A stretch of DNA of 64,000 bases from Candidatus Latescibacterota bacterium (GCA_965204745.1 OZ242010.1:1152001-1216000), one strand, 5' to 3'; positions 31,107 through 41,309 are shown, counted from the stretch's first letter. A program made the numbers and translations. The notes: generated by a model from the sequence alone, not told the origin.

Positions 31107-31176
31107 TCGGCGGGCAGTGGCGAATACCAACTCGCTCTCTCGCCTCACATCGGGCCAACGGCAATTCAATTTGGTA

Positions 31177-33738
31177 TTATTTCCCAATCGCGACCCAAAT
31201 ATCCTTTGTCATTGCGGGGTTCCCTGGGCGGTTCAGGTCGGTTACGGTTGCGACAATCGCGAGTTTTTGGCCCGGTTTTGCCGCCACGTTGAGGGCGACG
31301 TACACGGGCTCGGTTTCCGAAGTGCCCCGGTGTTCATAAGAAATCTGCACGCCTTCTCGTTTTTCCGAGATGCCCAACAATGTGCCGATGCCCTTTAACA
31401 AGCGGGCACCGGCATTTTTGCTACCGCGCACGGCGTAGTCCACGCGGTAATGCGTTTGGCCCGTGTCGTCGCGCAGGAGGTTGTACACCTCATAGTACAG
31501 ATAGACCGGCTGTTTGGGGGCAAAGGTGTGCGATGGCAGGGGGATCACTTCGAGGTCGGCCCGAATGAATTTGCCTGTCGTGTGCGTTTCCAAGGCGGCA
31601 ATATCGCCGGCGACGACGAGGTCGCTCAGCATCAAGGTCGGGGCATCGTAGGATTCCACCTCGACGAGTTGCCGATAAATTTGCAATCGCCCCGAAGCCG
31701 GATCGGTCACGCGCACGGCCATAAAGTAGGGCCCTGGCGCGACTTGTGTCGTCACTTGGTCCACCCATAGAACCCCGGGGTTGTCAGTGACTTCGCGTTG
31801 CGTTGTCGATGTTTCCAGAGTGTCGCGGGCGATTTCGGTTCCCGTTGCGTCAAACAAGACCCATACGCGCTTTACCGAAGCGGATACAAGTGACCCTCGC
31901 TTTCTGGTGGTTAGGGATGTCCACGGCACGCCGATAAAGGCATCCAAGCGCGTATCGCGTCCGTGCCCTCTGAAATCTGCTATGGACAAATGCAGGGGCA
32001 TTGGCTCGCCGGGATAGGGATAGCGGTAAACAGAGGGCGTGCGGTTGACGACCCGCGCGACTACGGCTTCGGGCGCGAGGTGTTGCCACAACAGGCGATT
32101 GGGCGAGTCGATGGGGGGATGGGGAAATTGAAAATCAAAATTGCCCAAGGCGTCGAGGAATGTCACTTCAAACCCCTCGCCAATGTGGGCATAGATCCAG
32201 GTTTCCCACTTGTAGTTCAAAGACGCGCCATCTCGAAACAAGGCCCCTTGGTGGGGCAGCGGAAATATGGGCAGGCCGCGAACCTCGGGCGTGACGTGCA
32301 TGGCCGCGCCTGCGCCGAACGATTCTGCTTGTAGGGATGAGGTGGTGGGCGCGATTTCGTGGAGGGCGTTCCCGGCCATGTCCATGAGGCGGTTCTTTAC
32401 CCGAATCACTTTTGCATGGGTTTCAAAGACCAAGTGATCGGACCAACTGCGGTGATCGGGATGCCCAAAGCGGACGTACACGTCGCCACGCGCATCCCAT
32501 GGCATTCGGCCTTCGGAAAAATTTTGAATCGCGTAATTCACGCGCCGATAGTGTTCCAATTTTCGCTCGTTGACCGGTGTCGTGGGCGTGGGGTCTCGCT
32601 CGCGCCAGAACAAGCCGAGAAACGCGCGTTTTTCACGTTTGTCCGCCATGCGAAAGGTCTCGCGTTCTGTTGCGGATAAGAGCAAGGTGACATCCTCGTA
32701 CAAGGCGCGTTCACGAGGCGGTATGAGGGATAGAAATTGCGAGAAGGTGGCTTCTGCCCGTTCGTAGTTGCCCGATTCCAAATATTGCGCGCCCAAAAGC
32801 GGGAGGTACCGCTCGGGGTCTTTTTGTGCGAGGTCGCGCAGTTCTGTCGTGGTGTGGAGTGCTCGATTCAGATATTTCAATTCCAGGGCCACGCGCGCCA
32901 ACCTGCCCCGCGCTACGCCGTGCGCTGGATTTACAGCCACTTGTTTTGACAAGGCTTTGACGGCTTTGTCGAAATAGTAGAGCGATTCGTAAAATACGCC
33001 CAGTTTGAAGTGCGCGTCTCGGTGGTTGGGAAAGCGTTTGACCACCTTGCCGAAATGGTGGTCCATATCCACGCTCCGCATCGCCAGATGGCACATCGCC
33101 AAATTGTAATACGCGGCTTCGTATTTCGCGTCTAAGGACACGGTGTCTCGAAAGAGGTCCAGCGCGCGGCGCACCTGCTTTTTTTGGATGAGACAGGCCA
33201 GGGCGCGGCCGTGGCGTGCGATGAGAAAGCGCCGATCCCTTTCCAGCACTTGCACAAAAATGCGTTCTGCCTCAGGGCCTTTGTGCTGTTCCAGCAAGGC
33301 GTAGCCCAGCGCGCACAGGGCGACGCGGTCGTCGGGATTGCTACTACGCATCCGCTCGAACAGAGCTACCGCATCATGGAGCAGAGCCGCATCGGGTGGC
33401 ACAGCGCGCGTTTTGTAGTGCCGGGGAATCAATCGCCCGCGCTCGAAAAATGCGTCCGATACGGTCAGATAGCGATGCCCGAGATGATACCCGTAGTAAA
33501 ATTGCAAGACCACGGGATTGTGGCGTTGCCAAAAGTCCATCAGAAATCGCGCTTTTGCCTCTCGGTCAAGGGCGCGATACGCAAACGCGCTGTCGGCCCC
33601 GGCGCGTTCTGCGATGAGAACAGCGGCGAGCGAATCTGCCTCGGCGTCAAAACGCTCGTGCAGACGCGCTCCCCAAACCGGCGCACACAGCAGGGCATAC
33701 GCAAATGCAATCATTGCGATTTTCAAATTAGGTTTCAT
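31177..33738 (-). CDS. GWxTD-domain TPR protein, secreted
   Basis: Signal peptide, TPR repeats, FWRERDPTPTTPVNE...HYRRVNYA...RGDVYVRFGHPD. Confidence 0.85.
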   Translation of the reverse strand: MKPNLKIAMIAFAYALLCAPVWGARLHERFDAEADSLAAVLIAERAGADSAFAYRALDREAKARFLMDFWQRHNPVVLQFYYGYHLGHRYLTVSDAFFERGRLIPRHYKTRAVPPDAALLHDAVALFERMRSSNPDDRVALCALGYALLEQHKGPEAERIFVQVLERDRRFLIARHGRALACLIQKKQVRRALDLFRDTVSLDAKYEAAYYNLAMCHLAMRSVDMDHHFGKVVKRFPNHRDAHFKLGVFYESLYYFDKAVKALSKQVAVNPAHGVARGRLARVALELKYLNRALHTTTELRDLAQKDPERYLPLLGAQYLESGNYERAEATFSQFLSLIPPRERALYEDVTLLLSATERETFRMADKREKRAFLGLFWRERDPTPTTPVNERKLEHYRRVNYAIQNFSEGRMPWDARGDVYVRFGHPDHRSWSDHLVFETHAKVIRVKNRLMDMAGNALHEIAPTTSSLQAESFGAGAAMHVTPEVRGLPIFPLPHQGALFRDGASLNYKWETWIYAHIGEGFEVTFLDALGNFDFQFPHPPIDSPNRLLWQHLAPEAVVARVVNRTPSVYRYPYPGEPMPLHLSIADFRGHGRDTRLDAFIGVPWTSLTTRKRGSLVSASVKRVWVLFDATGTEIARDTLETSTTQREVTDNPGVLWVDQVTTQVAPGPYFMAVRVTDPASGRLQIYRQLVEVESYDAPTLMLSDLVVAGDIAALETHTTGKFIRADLEVIPLPSHTFAPKQPVYLYYEVYNLLRDDTGQTHYRVDYAVRGSKNAGARLLKGIGTLLGISEKREGVQISYEHRGTSETEPVYVALNVAAKPGQKLAIVATVTDLNRPGNPAMTKDIWVAIGK

Positions 33739-36106
33739 AATCGGACCGTTGCAGATTGTAGATGCACCACAACGCGAGGGCATAAGCTACCGCGGCGAGA
33801 TAAAAGTTGGTAGAGATGCCGATGAAGATGGAGAAGAATACGGCCAGCGCGGAACACAGCACGCTCATGATGCCGTTTAGTGCCCAGAACCACGGGGTTT
33901 CGCTTTCGTAATTTGTTTGCACCAGACGCATGCCCATGGGAAAAAAAAGGCCCATGAGCATGCCCGTGGGAAAGATGACGAGAATGGACAACAGGATTTT
34001 CGTCTCCGTGGACTCGGAAATCATGTGGGTTAGTAAAAGGTGGAGAATGGCGTTGAGGGCGACAATGCTCAGGGCGGTTGTGATCGGGAAAATGTAGGTC
34101 CACGGTTTTCGCGTGAGGGGGAGATAATCGCTTGCAAAACTGCCCAGGCCCGTGCTTGCGATGAGGGTGAACAACAAGATGCCAAGCGAATAGATGGGAT
34201 GCCCCAGGAATACATTGAGCCGTTGAATCGAGGCTATTTCGACCAGCATAAAGGCCGCGCCGATCAAAGAGAAATACAGGGCCGCGAACCAAAAGCCGGG
34301 GGAGGGGCGAGCGTTTGGTTTGTGGGTGAGCCATAAGGGGACACAGATAGTCGCCCCGGCGACGATGCCCAGAACGATTAAAAGCGCGAGGAGTACTGCG
34401 GTGGCACGCAAGTTTCCGCTTATGACGCCTTCTTGTACTTTGAGCGCGGCACTTAGGTGGTTGAGTTTTAACATGTTAAAAAAATAGGGGTTGTCATCTA
34501 TCGGCGGCGCGTAGTTGAGTTTGGCGTGGGCTACGGCGTCCGCGAGTTGGTCGGCGGATTGGGCAGATACAATTTGCTTTAAGACCGGGGCCGCGGGTAA
34601 GTTGTCGGGCAGATGGATGATTTGGTATTGCAGCGCAGCGCAGACCCGTTTGAGGTGATCGATATCAGTCGCGCTCAAGGGGTTGCGGCAGATGATCAGG
34701 GTCGCGATGTTGCCGGTTGCGATGAGGGCCATGTGATCGGCCGGGGTCGTTACATCGAGGTGCAAGAGAGATGCGACTCCCAGACTCAAGACGCGCCCGG
34801 TTTCTCCGATGTGTTGGGGACTGTACCAGCGCGATACCGTGAAAATGCCATCTGGTGACAGGCGGCGGAGGAATGTCTGCCAGGCTTCCACGGTGTAAAG
34901 GGCATTTTCGGACAGGGAGAACGCGCCTGCGCCGGTTGCGGCCCAAGTGTCTATCAATGCCATCTGAATAACGGAGAATTGCTCGCGGCTTTGCGATAGG
35001 AAACTGCGTGCATCATCTACGATTAGGGTGACGCCCTCGTAGTCGGCGAGGCCGGCAAATTCTCGAAATTCGTTTTGGAGCAATTCGACGAATATGGGAT
35101 TGACTTCAATGCCCAAGACAGCGTTGTGACCAAAAGCGAGCGCGCTTAGGATGTCTTTGCCTCCGCCCACGCCGATTATGCAGGTTTTGCCCTGTCTGTT
35201 GAGGTAATATCCGATGTTCGTCACGTCATAGCGCAGGTGCTCGATGTCTTTTGGCGAGGCATGGCGAAGGATTTTCGTGTATGCGGCACCGTCGATTTTG
35301 ATGGCGTGCAAGACGATGTTTTCTTTTGGAGTTACAGGGCTGGGACCCCAAAGCGGTAGCGGCGTGGGCCTTTCTTCTTGGCGATAGACAACGACTTGGG
35401 AGAAGGAGTTCCAGCGTTCTAAAATTTGGTCGTCGAGTACTTGAAAAGTTTCTTTGATAAACATGGGGCGAATGCCATGCTGGGTTTGGGCGTTGAGGAT
35501 GCCCAACAAAAACAAGAGGAAGGCAAGGGCGGTATAGCGACGGGCGGATTGGGGTAGGCGAACAAAACACGCGCCGGCCAATGCCCCTATGCCGCTACAC
35601 CACAACATGAGGCTGGGGGCGTCCACGAGTTCAAGGCCACCCAAGACGATCAAACACCCCGCAGAAGCCCCTGTTAAGTCGCTGGCATAAAGTCTGCCAA
35701 TGGGCGCGTTGAAGCGCGTTAAGACAGCGGTGATGACGAGGCCAGAATAATAAAAGGGCGAAGCGCAGATCCAGGTTGTTGCGATGAGCACGATCAGGCT
35801 CAGGATGCTTTTGTAGAAGCCTATGGGCAATACGCACAAAAGGATCAGGCTGGCGGGTATGGACAGGGCAAATTTGAGACACGCTCGGGCAATCGCATCG
35901 GTTTTGTTCTCGCCGCCAAAGCGATCTTTTTGCACATAGACTTGGATAGCCCCCACAGTCATGCCCAGCATGGCGGTGGAGATGGCAAAGAATGCCAGAA
36001 AGTACCAGGTTATGACGCTGAGGAGACGCACCAGTACAATTTGGATTGCCAGCGAGGACAATGCGATTAAGAAGAGACCCGTGTAAGTCGAGGCTTCATT
36101 TTTCAT
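33728..36106 (-). CDS. Multi-TM protein with a central spermidine synthase-like/class I SAM domain
   Basis: TM blocks on both sides of IIGVGGGKD, IEVNP, DDARSFL, LSENALYTVEA. Confidence 0.85.
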   Translation of the reverse strand: MKNEASTYTGLFLIALSSLAIQIVLVRLLSVITWYFLAFFAISTAMLGMTVGAIQVYVQKDRFGGENKTDAIARACLKFALSIPASLILLCVLPIGFYKSILSLIVLIATTWICASPFYYSGLVITAVLTRFNAPIGRLYASDLTGASAGCLIVLGGLELVDAPSLMLWCSGIGALAGACFVRLPQSARRYTALAFLLFLLGILNAQTQHGIRPMFIKETFQVLDDQILERWNSFSQVVVYRQEERPTPLPLWGPSPVTPKENIVLHAIKIDGAAYTKILRHASPKDIEHLRYDVTNIGYYLNRQGKTCIIGVGGGKDILSALAFGHNAVLGIEVNPIFVELLQNEFREFAGLADYEGVTLIVDDARSFLSQSREQFSVIQMALIDTWAATGAGAFSLSENALYTVEAWQTFLRRLSPDGIFTVSRWYSPQHIGETGRVLSLGVASLLHLDVTTPADHMALIATGNIATLIICRNPLSATDIDHLKRVCAALQYQIIHLPDNLPAAPVLKQIVSAQSADQLADAVAHAKLNYAPPIDDNPYFFNMLKLNHLSAALKVQEGVISGNLRATAVLLALLIVLGIVAGATICVPLWLTHKPNARPSPGFWFAALYFSLIGAAFMLVEIASIQRLNVFLGHPIYSLGILLFTLIASTGLGSFASDYLPLTRKPWTYIFPITTALSIVALNAILHLLLTHMISESTETKILLSILVIFPTGMLMGLFFPMGMRLVQTNYESETPWFWALNGIMSVLCSALAVFFSIFIGISTNFYLAAVAYALALWCIYNLQRSDYET

Positions 36107-36152
36107 GGGCGATAGAATGCGAAATGATGAAGCAGGATGTGAGTTTAAGTCG

Positions 36153-36285
36153 TGTTGACATTTGCGCCCTGCAACTGACAAGCGGTTTATATCGCAGGAT
36201 ATGCTCTCGGTTTGAGAAACTGGGATAGGTACTTCGGAGTTCTCTGTTTGCTCCCACTTTCATCGCAAAAAATAAAATGTCAACA
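36153..36285. mobile_element. Putative 133-bp MITE
   Basis: Perfect terminal inverted repeats TGTTGACATTT (36153-36163) and AAATGTCAACA (36275-36285); no coding capacity. Confidence 0.45.
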
Positions 36286-36316
36286 AGCGGGGTACAACTG
36301 GGCGACAGCCAGTTCA
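36286..36316 (+). mobile_element. 30-bp micro-element, copy 2
   Basis: AGCGGGGTACAACTGGGCGACAGCCAGTTCA followed by AAGGC. Confidence 0.6.
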
Positions 36317-36580
36317 AAGGCGAACGTCATGACGTAAGTAATCCAGTGACCTTTGCCTTTATTTTCTGAGGAAGGTACGCCGGTTTGGTGGATTGGACAA
36401 GATCCAATGATTGTGCGAGGTTTGATCGACCGTTGCTTTGAGGCGAGAAGCAGGGAGGCAGGCTCTCGGCTTCTTTCTTGACAGGCCCTATTGCCTGACC
36501 TATATAGATGTTGTTGATTATATGATTTGGTTTTACGGGCAAGGTCGCGGGGTGCTGTTTTCCGATGAGTTGATTGCGCC

Positions 36581-38413
36581 ATGATGAAAGACGATGCGAT
36601 GGAGCGGATCTCGCGCTGGTTTCCCTGGGTTGTGGGCGGGGTTGCGGTTGTGATCCGTTTTTTTTATTTGCGATCATTTTGGGCAGATCATCCGTTTTCG
36701 CAAAAGTTGATTTCGGATGCGCGGATTTTTGACGATTGGGCATGGCGCGTCGCGTCCGGGGATTGGCTCGGCCCTGCCGAAGTGTTTGTTTTGCCGCCGC
36801 TATATCCATACCTCATGGGCGTTGTGTACGCGGTTGTTGGGCACGCGCCCAAAGTGATCGCCGCGTTGCAGGCCGTTGCCGGTTGCGCGACTGCTGTTTT
36901 GGTTTATCGCTTGGGGGCGCGGCATTTTGGTGCAGGTGCCGGGCTGATGGCGGGGTTGCTGTTTGCCGGGTATGGGCCGCAGATGTTTTACGAAGGCATG
37001 TTGCTGGGCACTTCTTGGGCTGCGCTTCTCTGTGTGTTGGGGCTGGCGTTGATCGATGCGGGGAACGGTGAGCGCGGGGGGTGGTATTGCGGAGTGGTCG
37101 GATTGGTTTTTGGGCTGGCAGTGCTGATGCGGCCCAATGCGTTGGCGGCCATTCCGTTTGTGCTGGTAGGCGCGTGGTGGGGGCATTACAGAGACAAGCC
37201 GGTGCGAATCTCTGTGAAATTGGGCGGTTGCTTTTTTGTGGGGTTGATGGTGCCGTTGCTCCTGTGCGGTTTGCGGAATGGACTAGTGGCGGACGATTGG
37301 GTGTTGATAACAGCGCACGGGGGCATCAATTTTTACATGGGCAATCACGCAGACGCGCCAGGCTGGTTTTCAGCACCGGCTGGCGTGGATGCACAGATTA
37401 CGCCGGCCGGGGCGCAGGGCAATTTGGAAGGCCCGCGCCGCGTGGCCGAGGCCGCGCTTGGGCGGTCGTTGAAGGCGTCGGAGGTTTCGGCATTTTGGTT
37501 CGACAAAGGGCTTGCGTTTTGGCTGGACGATCCGTGGGGGGTGCTCGCGGTGACATGGCGGAAGGTGCGGTTGTTTGCGTTGGGGTACGAGGTGCCGCTC
37601 AATTACAATTTTTATTACCAGCGAAAGTTTTCCGCGTTTTTGCGCTTTCCCCTCACCGAGTTGTGGGTGTTGTTGCCGCTGGCCCTTGTCGGGCTCGCGG
37701 TGCATATCCGACGGTTTGATCGGCATGCGGTGTTGTATTTGTGGCTCGTCGGCTATGCAGCAGGGGTGGTGGCTTTTCATGTGTCGTCTCGCTACCGCAT
37801 GCCCGCCATTCCCATCGCGATGGTGTTTGCGGGCATGGGGGTATGGACGCTGGTAGGATGGATACAGGCACGCCGGTGGAGATCTCTGTACATTGGCGCG
37901 GCGATGCTGGTCTTGCTGTGGGCGGGTTATCGCGTGGCGTTGGACGCGCAACTCGCCAAAACGAATTGGGGAATGGATCCCTTCAACTTGGGCACGGCTT
38001 ATTTGTGGCAAAATGAAAATGAACGCGCATTATCCCTTCTCGAAGAAGCAGAGAGCTATGGGCAGGGCGATGCGTCTTTGTATTACAATTTGGGATTGGC
38101 CTATGCGCGGGCGGAAAAGACAGATGCCGCAGAGAACGCATATCGCCGGGCGCTGTTGCAAGACCCCGATCTGGTCAGTGCGTATGTCAATTTGGGCAAT
38201 ATTCTGTTTCACGAGGGCGAGTTTCAAGACGCCATCAGTACCTATCAGGAGGCATTGAAGCGGGATGCCGATACGCACAATGCACGGGCGAATATGGGCT
38301 GGGCGTATTTGTCTTTGGGACGGGTTGAGGACGCGCGAAGAGCATGGCGCAGGGTTTTGCAAACCGCGGCCAATCACCCTTCGGCAAAGGCGGGGATGGC
38401 GCGGATTCAGTGA
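36581..38413 (+). CDS. GT-C fold (GT39/PMT-like) membrane glycosyltransferase with C-terminal TPRs
   Basis: SDARIFD, PPLYPYL, LMRPN, GGINFYMGN, SRYRMP; TPRs YYNLGLAY and YVNLGNIL. Confidence 0.85.
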   Translation: MMKDDAMERISRWFPWVVGGVAVVIRFFYLRSFWADHPFSQKLISDARIFDDWAWRVASGDWLGPAEVFVLPPLYPYLMGVVYAVVGHAPKVIAALQAVAGCATAVLVYRLGARHFGAGAGLMAGLLFAGYGPQMFYEGMLLGTSWAALLCVLGLALIDAGNGERGGWYCGVVGLVFGLAVLMRPNALAAIPFVLVGAWWGHYRDKPVRISVKLGGCFFVGLMVPLLLCGLRNGLVADDWVLITAHGGINFYMGNHADAPGWFSAPAGVDAQITPAGAQGNLEGPRRVAEAALGRSLKASEVSAFWFDKGLAFWLDDPWGVLAVTWRKVRLFALGYEVPLNYNFYYQRKFSAFLRFPLTELWVLLPLALVGLAVHIRRFDRHAVLYLWLVGYAAGVVAFHVSSRYRMPAIPIAMVFAGMGVWTLVGWIQARRWRSLYIGAAMLVLLWAGYRVALDAQLAKTNWGMDPFNLGTAYLWQNENERALSLLEEAESYGQGDASLYYNLGLAYARAEKTDAAENAYRRALLQDPDLVSAYVNLGNILFHEGEFQDAISTYQEALKRDADTHNARANMGWAYLSLGRVEDARRAWRRVLQTAANHPSAKAGMARIQ

Positions 38414-38472
38414 GGAATGAGAAGTAACCACATAAGAACGCAGATGAAAGGCGAAATGCAACTTTTGCCACG

Positions 38473-38502
38473 AGCGGGGTACAACTGGCGACAGGCCGTT
38501 CA
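38473..38502 (+). mobile_element. 30-bp micro-element, copy 3
   Basis: AGCGGGGTACAACTGGCGACAGGCCGTTCA between GCCACG and AAGGC. Confidence 0.6.
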
Positions 38503-38523
38503 AAGGCGAGATACCCGCCTGTC

Positions 38524-38561
38524 GTCACTCCGGCGCACGCATAGCCAACGCCGGAGGCCAG
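38524..38561 (+). repeat. CGTC-type REP-like hairpin
   Basis: CGTCACTCCGGCG...CGCCGGAGGCCAG. Confidence 0.5.
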
Positions 38562-38610
38562 CGGCTTTTGTTTTTTGACATGTAGTAAGACGTGAAATCG
38601 GAGTGAGCGA

Positions 38611-40563
38611 ATGGCGATTCGGGAAGAACGAGCGCGGGCAGTACTCGTTCGGCGAGCGGTGACTGTGCGGGCGATTGTGATCGGGGCGATGTGTGCGGGG
38701 TTTTTGGGGTGGGGCGGACATTTTACGCGGCATATTGCCCATACGACAAAGATGGCGCAGGATCATTTGCCGTGGGGGGCGGTGGTGCCGTTTTTGTTGA
38801 TCGCGGTCGTGCTGAATAAGGTGCTGGAAAAGGTGCGTCCGCAGTGGGTTCTGCGCCCGTCGGAATTGCTGGTTATTTTCAGTATGGGACTGGTGGCGTC
38901 GGCATTGCCGAGCTATTTTATGGGGCATCTGATCGCCAATGTGTCCGCGCCGTTTTATTTTGCGAATACCGAGAACCGATGGGCGGAAGACCTGCATCCG
39001 CATTTGCCGGATTGGGCGGTTGTGACCGATGTGACGGTTGCGCGGTGGTTTTTCGAGGGGTTGCCAGCCGGTGCCGATATTCCTTGGGGGGTGTGGGTGA
39101 CGCCGATGGTCTGGCGGCTGAGTCTGGTGTTTATGATCGGCGCGTTTGGGTTTTGTGCGGTTTCCATGATGCGGAAGCAGTGGGTGGAGCACGAGCGGTT
39201 GCCCTTTCCGTTGATGACGTTGCCGCTGGAACTGGTCAACAGGAGGCCGCGTGGGTTTTGGCCGGTGGGCATGATGAACCGGCCCGTGTTCTGGTGGGGA
39301 TTCGCGTTGGCGTCGTTTCCCATTTACTGGAATATGATCGGCTATTTTCAGCCGCTGTTTCCCACGATTCCGCGCGATTTGGGGTTGATGGAATTTGGCC
39401 GGTATTTCCCGCCGATTCACACGCGGTTTTATCCGGTGATTATCGGGGTGTCGTATTTTATGGATTTGGATGTGTCGTTCAGCATTATTGTGTTTCACCT
39501 CTTGTTGACGTTTGAGATGGGGATGTTCAACCGCCTGGGCATCGAGATAGGCCCAACCCATGTGTGGCCGGCATCGGAGTTTGAAAACTGGCAGGGGTTT
39601 GGCGCGCTGTGCGTGCTGGTGCCGTGGAGTTTGTGGATGGCGCGGGCGCATTTGAAGCAGGTGTTTCGCAAGGCCGTGTTCAATGCGCGGGAAGTGGATG
39701 ATTCGGGCGAGTTGTTGTCTTACCGAGCGGCTTTCGGTGGGTTGCTGGCGAGCGGGTTGTTTATTTTGGGCTGGTGCGTGGCGTCGGGCATGTCGGTTTT
39801 TGTAGCCCTCACTTTTTTGGGACTCGTGGTGTTGATCTGGTTGGGCATTACGCGCGTTTGCGTGGAGGGCGGGTTGATCAGCAGCCGGATGATTCAGGGG
39901 CAGTTCGTCGCATACCACCTGCTGGGGCCCGTGAATATTTCGCCATCCGGGATGGCGGCGTTCGCGCTGACCGAGACGTGGCACCACGATATCAAGACGA
40001 TTTTGATGGCGAATTTGGGCAATGCCACGCGGCTTTACGACAGCATGCGCCACGAGCGCGCACGCTTGGTCATCGCTTTGGGATTGGCGATGGGGGTGGT
40101 GATAACGAGCAGCGCGTATTATCAAATTTCGTCGAGCTACGCGACTGGGGCGTTTAATTACGGCGGGATTTATGGCCCTTATGTGCAGAATACGTATGAT
40201 ACGATTGCCGCGCATATCCGGGATCCCTTCGCGCTGAAGCGCGAGCGCGTGTTGATCGCGCTGATTGGGATGGCGACCACGGCGTTGATGCTGTCCTTGC
40301 GGTACGTGTGGCCCCGGTGGCCCTTGCATCCGATTGGCTTTGCCGCGGTGACGGCGTATCCGGTCAACCGCATTGTGTTTTCGATCTTTTTTGCGTGGTT
40401 TGCCAAGTTTGTCATTTTGCGCGCTGGTGGGATTGAGTTGTACCGCAAAGCGTCGCCGTTTTTCCTGGGGCTTATGGTGGGGTATTTCACGGGTGTATTT
40501 GTGTCGTTTTTGGTAGATTGTATCTGGTTTCCGGGACAGGGCCATTCACTGGCGTTGTATTAA
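38611..40563 (+). CDS. DUF6785/DUF6784 family multi-pass membrane protein (OPT-like transporter)
   Basis: SELLVIF, RKQWVEHERLPFPL, WPLHPIGF, PFFLGL; many TM helices. Confidence 0.8.
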   Translation: MAIREERARAVLVRRAVTVRAIVIGAMCAGFLGWGGHFTRHIAHTTKMAQDHLPWGAVVPFLLIAVVLNKVLEKVRPQWVLRPSELLVIFSMGLVASALPSYFMGHLIANVSAPFYFANTENRWAEDLHPHLPDWAVVTDVTVARWFFEGLPAGADIPWGVWVTPMVWRLSLVFMIGAFGFCAVSMMRKQWVEHERLPFPLMTLPLELVNRRPRGFWPVGMMNRPVFWWGFALASFPIYWNMIGYFQPLFPTIPRDLGLMEFGRYFPPIHTRFYPVIIGVSYFMDLDVSFSIIVFHLLLTFEMGMFNRLGIEIGPTHVWPASEFENWQGFGALCVLVPWSLWMARAHLKQVFRKAVFNAREVDDSGELLSYRAAFGGLLASGLFILGWCVASGMSVFVALTFLGLVVLIWLGITRVCVEGGLISSRMIQGQFVAYHLLGPVNISPSGMAAFALTETWHHDIKTILMANLGNATRLYDSMRHERARLVIALGLAMGVVITSSAYYQISSSYATGAFNYGGIYGPYVQNTYDTIAAHIRDPFALKRERVLIALIGMATTALMLSLRYVWPRWPLHPIGFAAVTAYPVNRIVFSIFFAWFAKFVILRAGGIELYRKASPFFLGLMVGYFTGVFVSFLVDCIWFPGQGHSLALY

Positions 40564-40574
40564 GGAATAAACCA

Positions 40575-40680
40575 TCCGCGGCCGTAACTGGTATTATTGA
40601 CACCGAGAAGAGAACGACCATGACCACCGACACCACTGAACGCGCCCTAGAGCAGCGCGTCTGTGCGATGCTGACCCACA
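40575..40680 (+). pseudogene. Scar of a type I hsdS 3' end / hsdR 5' end junction
   Basis: Reads SAAVTGIID (cf. HsdS C-terminal SAAVTGKID) then MTTDTTERALEQRVCAMLT (cf. HsdR N-terminal TDTSE.GLE..I...L). Confidence 0.5.
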
Positions 40681-40704
40681 GGGGCAATGCGCGTTTGCAA
40701 TGGA

Positions 40705-41082
40705 CTATATACCGAGTGTCTGAACAACCCGCTCTGCGCCCCACGGCTCATTGCCACGCCGAACGCGAATGGCGTAGCGGGTGCTTGGCTCAAGTCCTGT
40801 GAATGTGTAGCGAGCACCTATATTGACAGCGAACCCATACGTGCGTTGAACGCGGACACCTACGCCAACCTCTGCGGGTTCGCCAATATAGATGCCGGGA
40901 TCACCTCGCAGTTGCACCTGCCAACTGCCATTGCCCACGTCACCCTCCATAGCAATAGTGATGCTATGGGTATCTATTCGGGTGACAAACCAACGTGGCT
41001 CATCGTGCTCTGTCGGCCCCAAGGGGGGCCGTTGGCACGCCCCCGCGCCGATAAGCACGGCCAACAGCATCACCTTGTTCAT
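40705..41082 (-). CDS. Small lipoprotein with a fibronectin type III-like domain
   Basis: MNKVMLLAVLIGAGAC lipobox; YTFTGLEPSTRYAIRV FN3 signature. Confidence 0.65.
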   Translation of the reverse strand: MNKVMLLAVLIGAGACQRPPLGPTEHDEPRWFVTRIDTHSITIAMEGDVGNGSWQVQLRGDPGIYIGEPAEVGVGVRVQRTYGFAVNIGARYTFTGLEPSTRYAIRVRRGNEPWGAERVVQTLGI

Positions 41083-41309
41083 TGCCATTTCCAAAGCCGC
41101 TGGGCGGAGATCAAATGGTCAACACCACGATTACAAATCACGCGCTTTACCCGTTGATCTACGGAGGCTTGTCGGGAAAAAACAAAAGACACCGAAGGCG
41201 AGGGTGCTGGATTTCAATACCCCAGTAGGCGGGGCGTCCACATAGAAAAACAAGACGCTCTCATTTCAGAAGCGTCTTCTCAAATCCAACAAAAATCCCG
41301 ATCCGACTT

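Noticed and set aside
38500-40545. 681-aa antisense ORF, and similar long antisense ORFs at 17701-19191 and 50885-52057
   Set aside because: Shadow frames of well-supported genes in GC-rich DNA, with no motifs.
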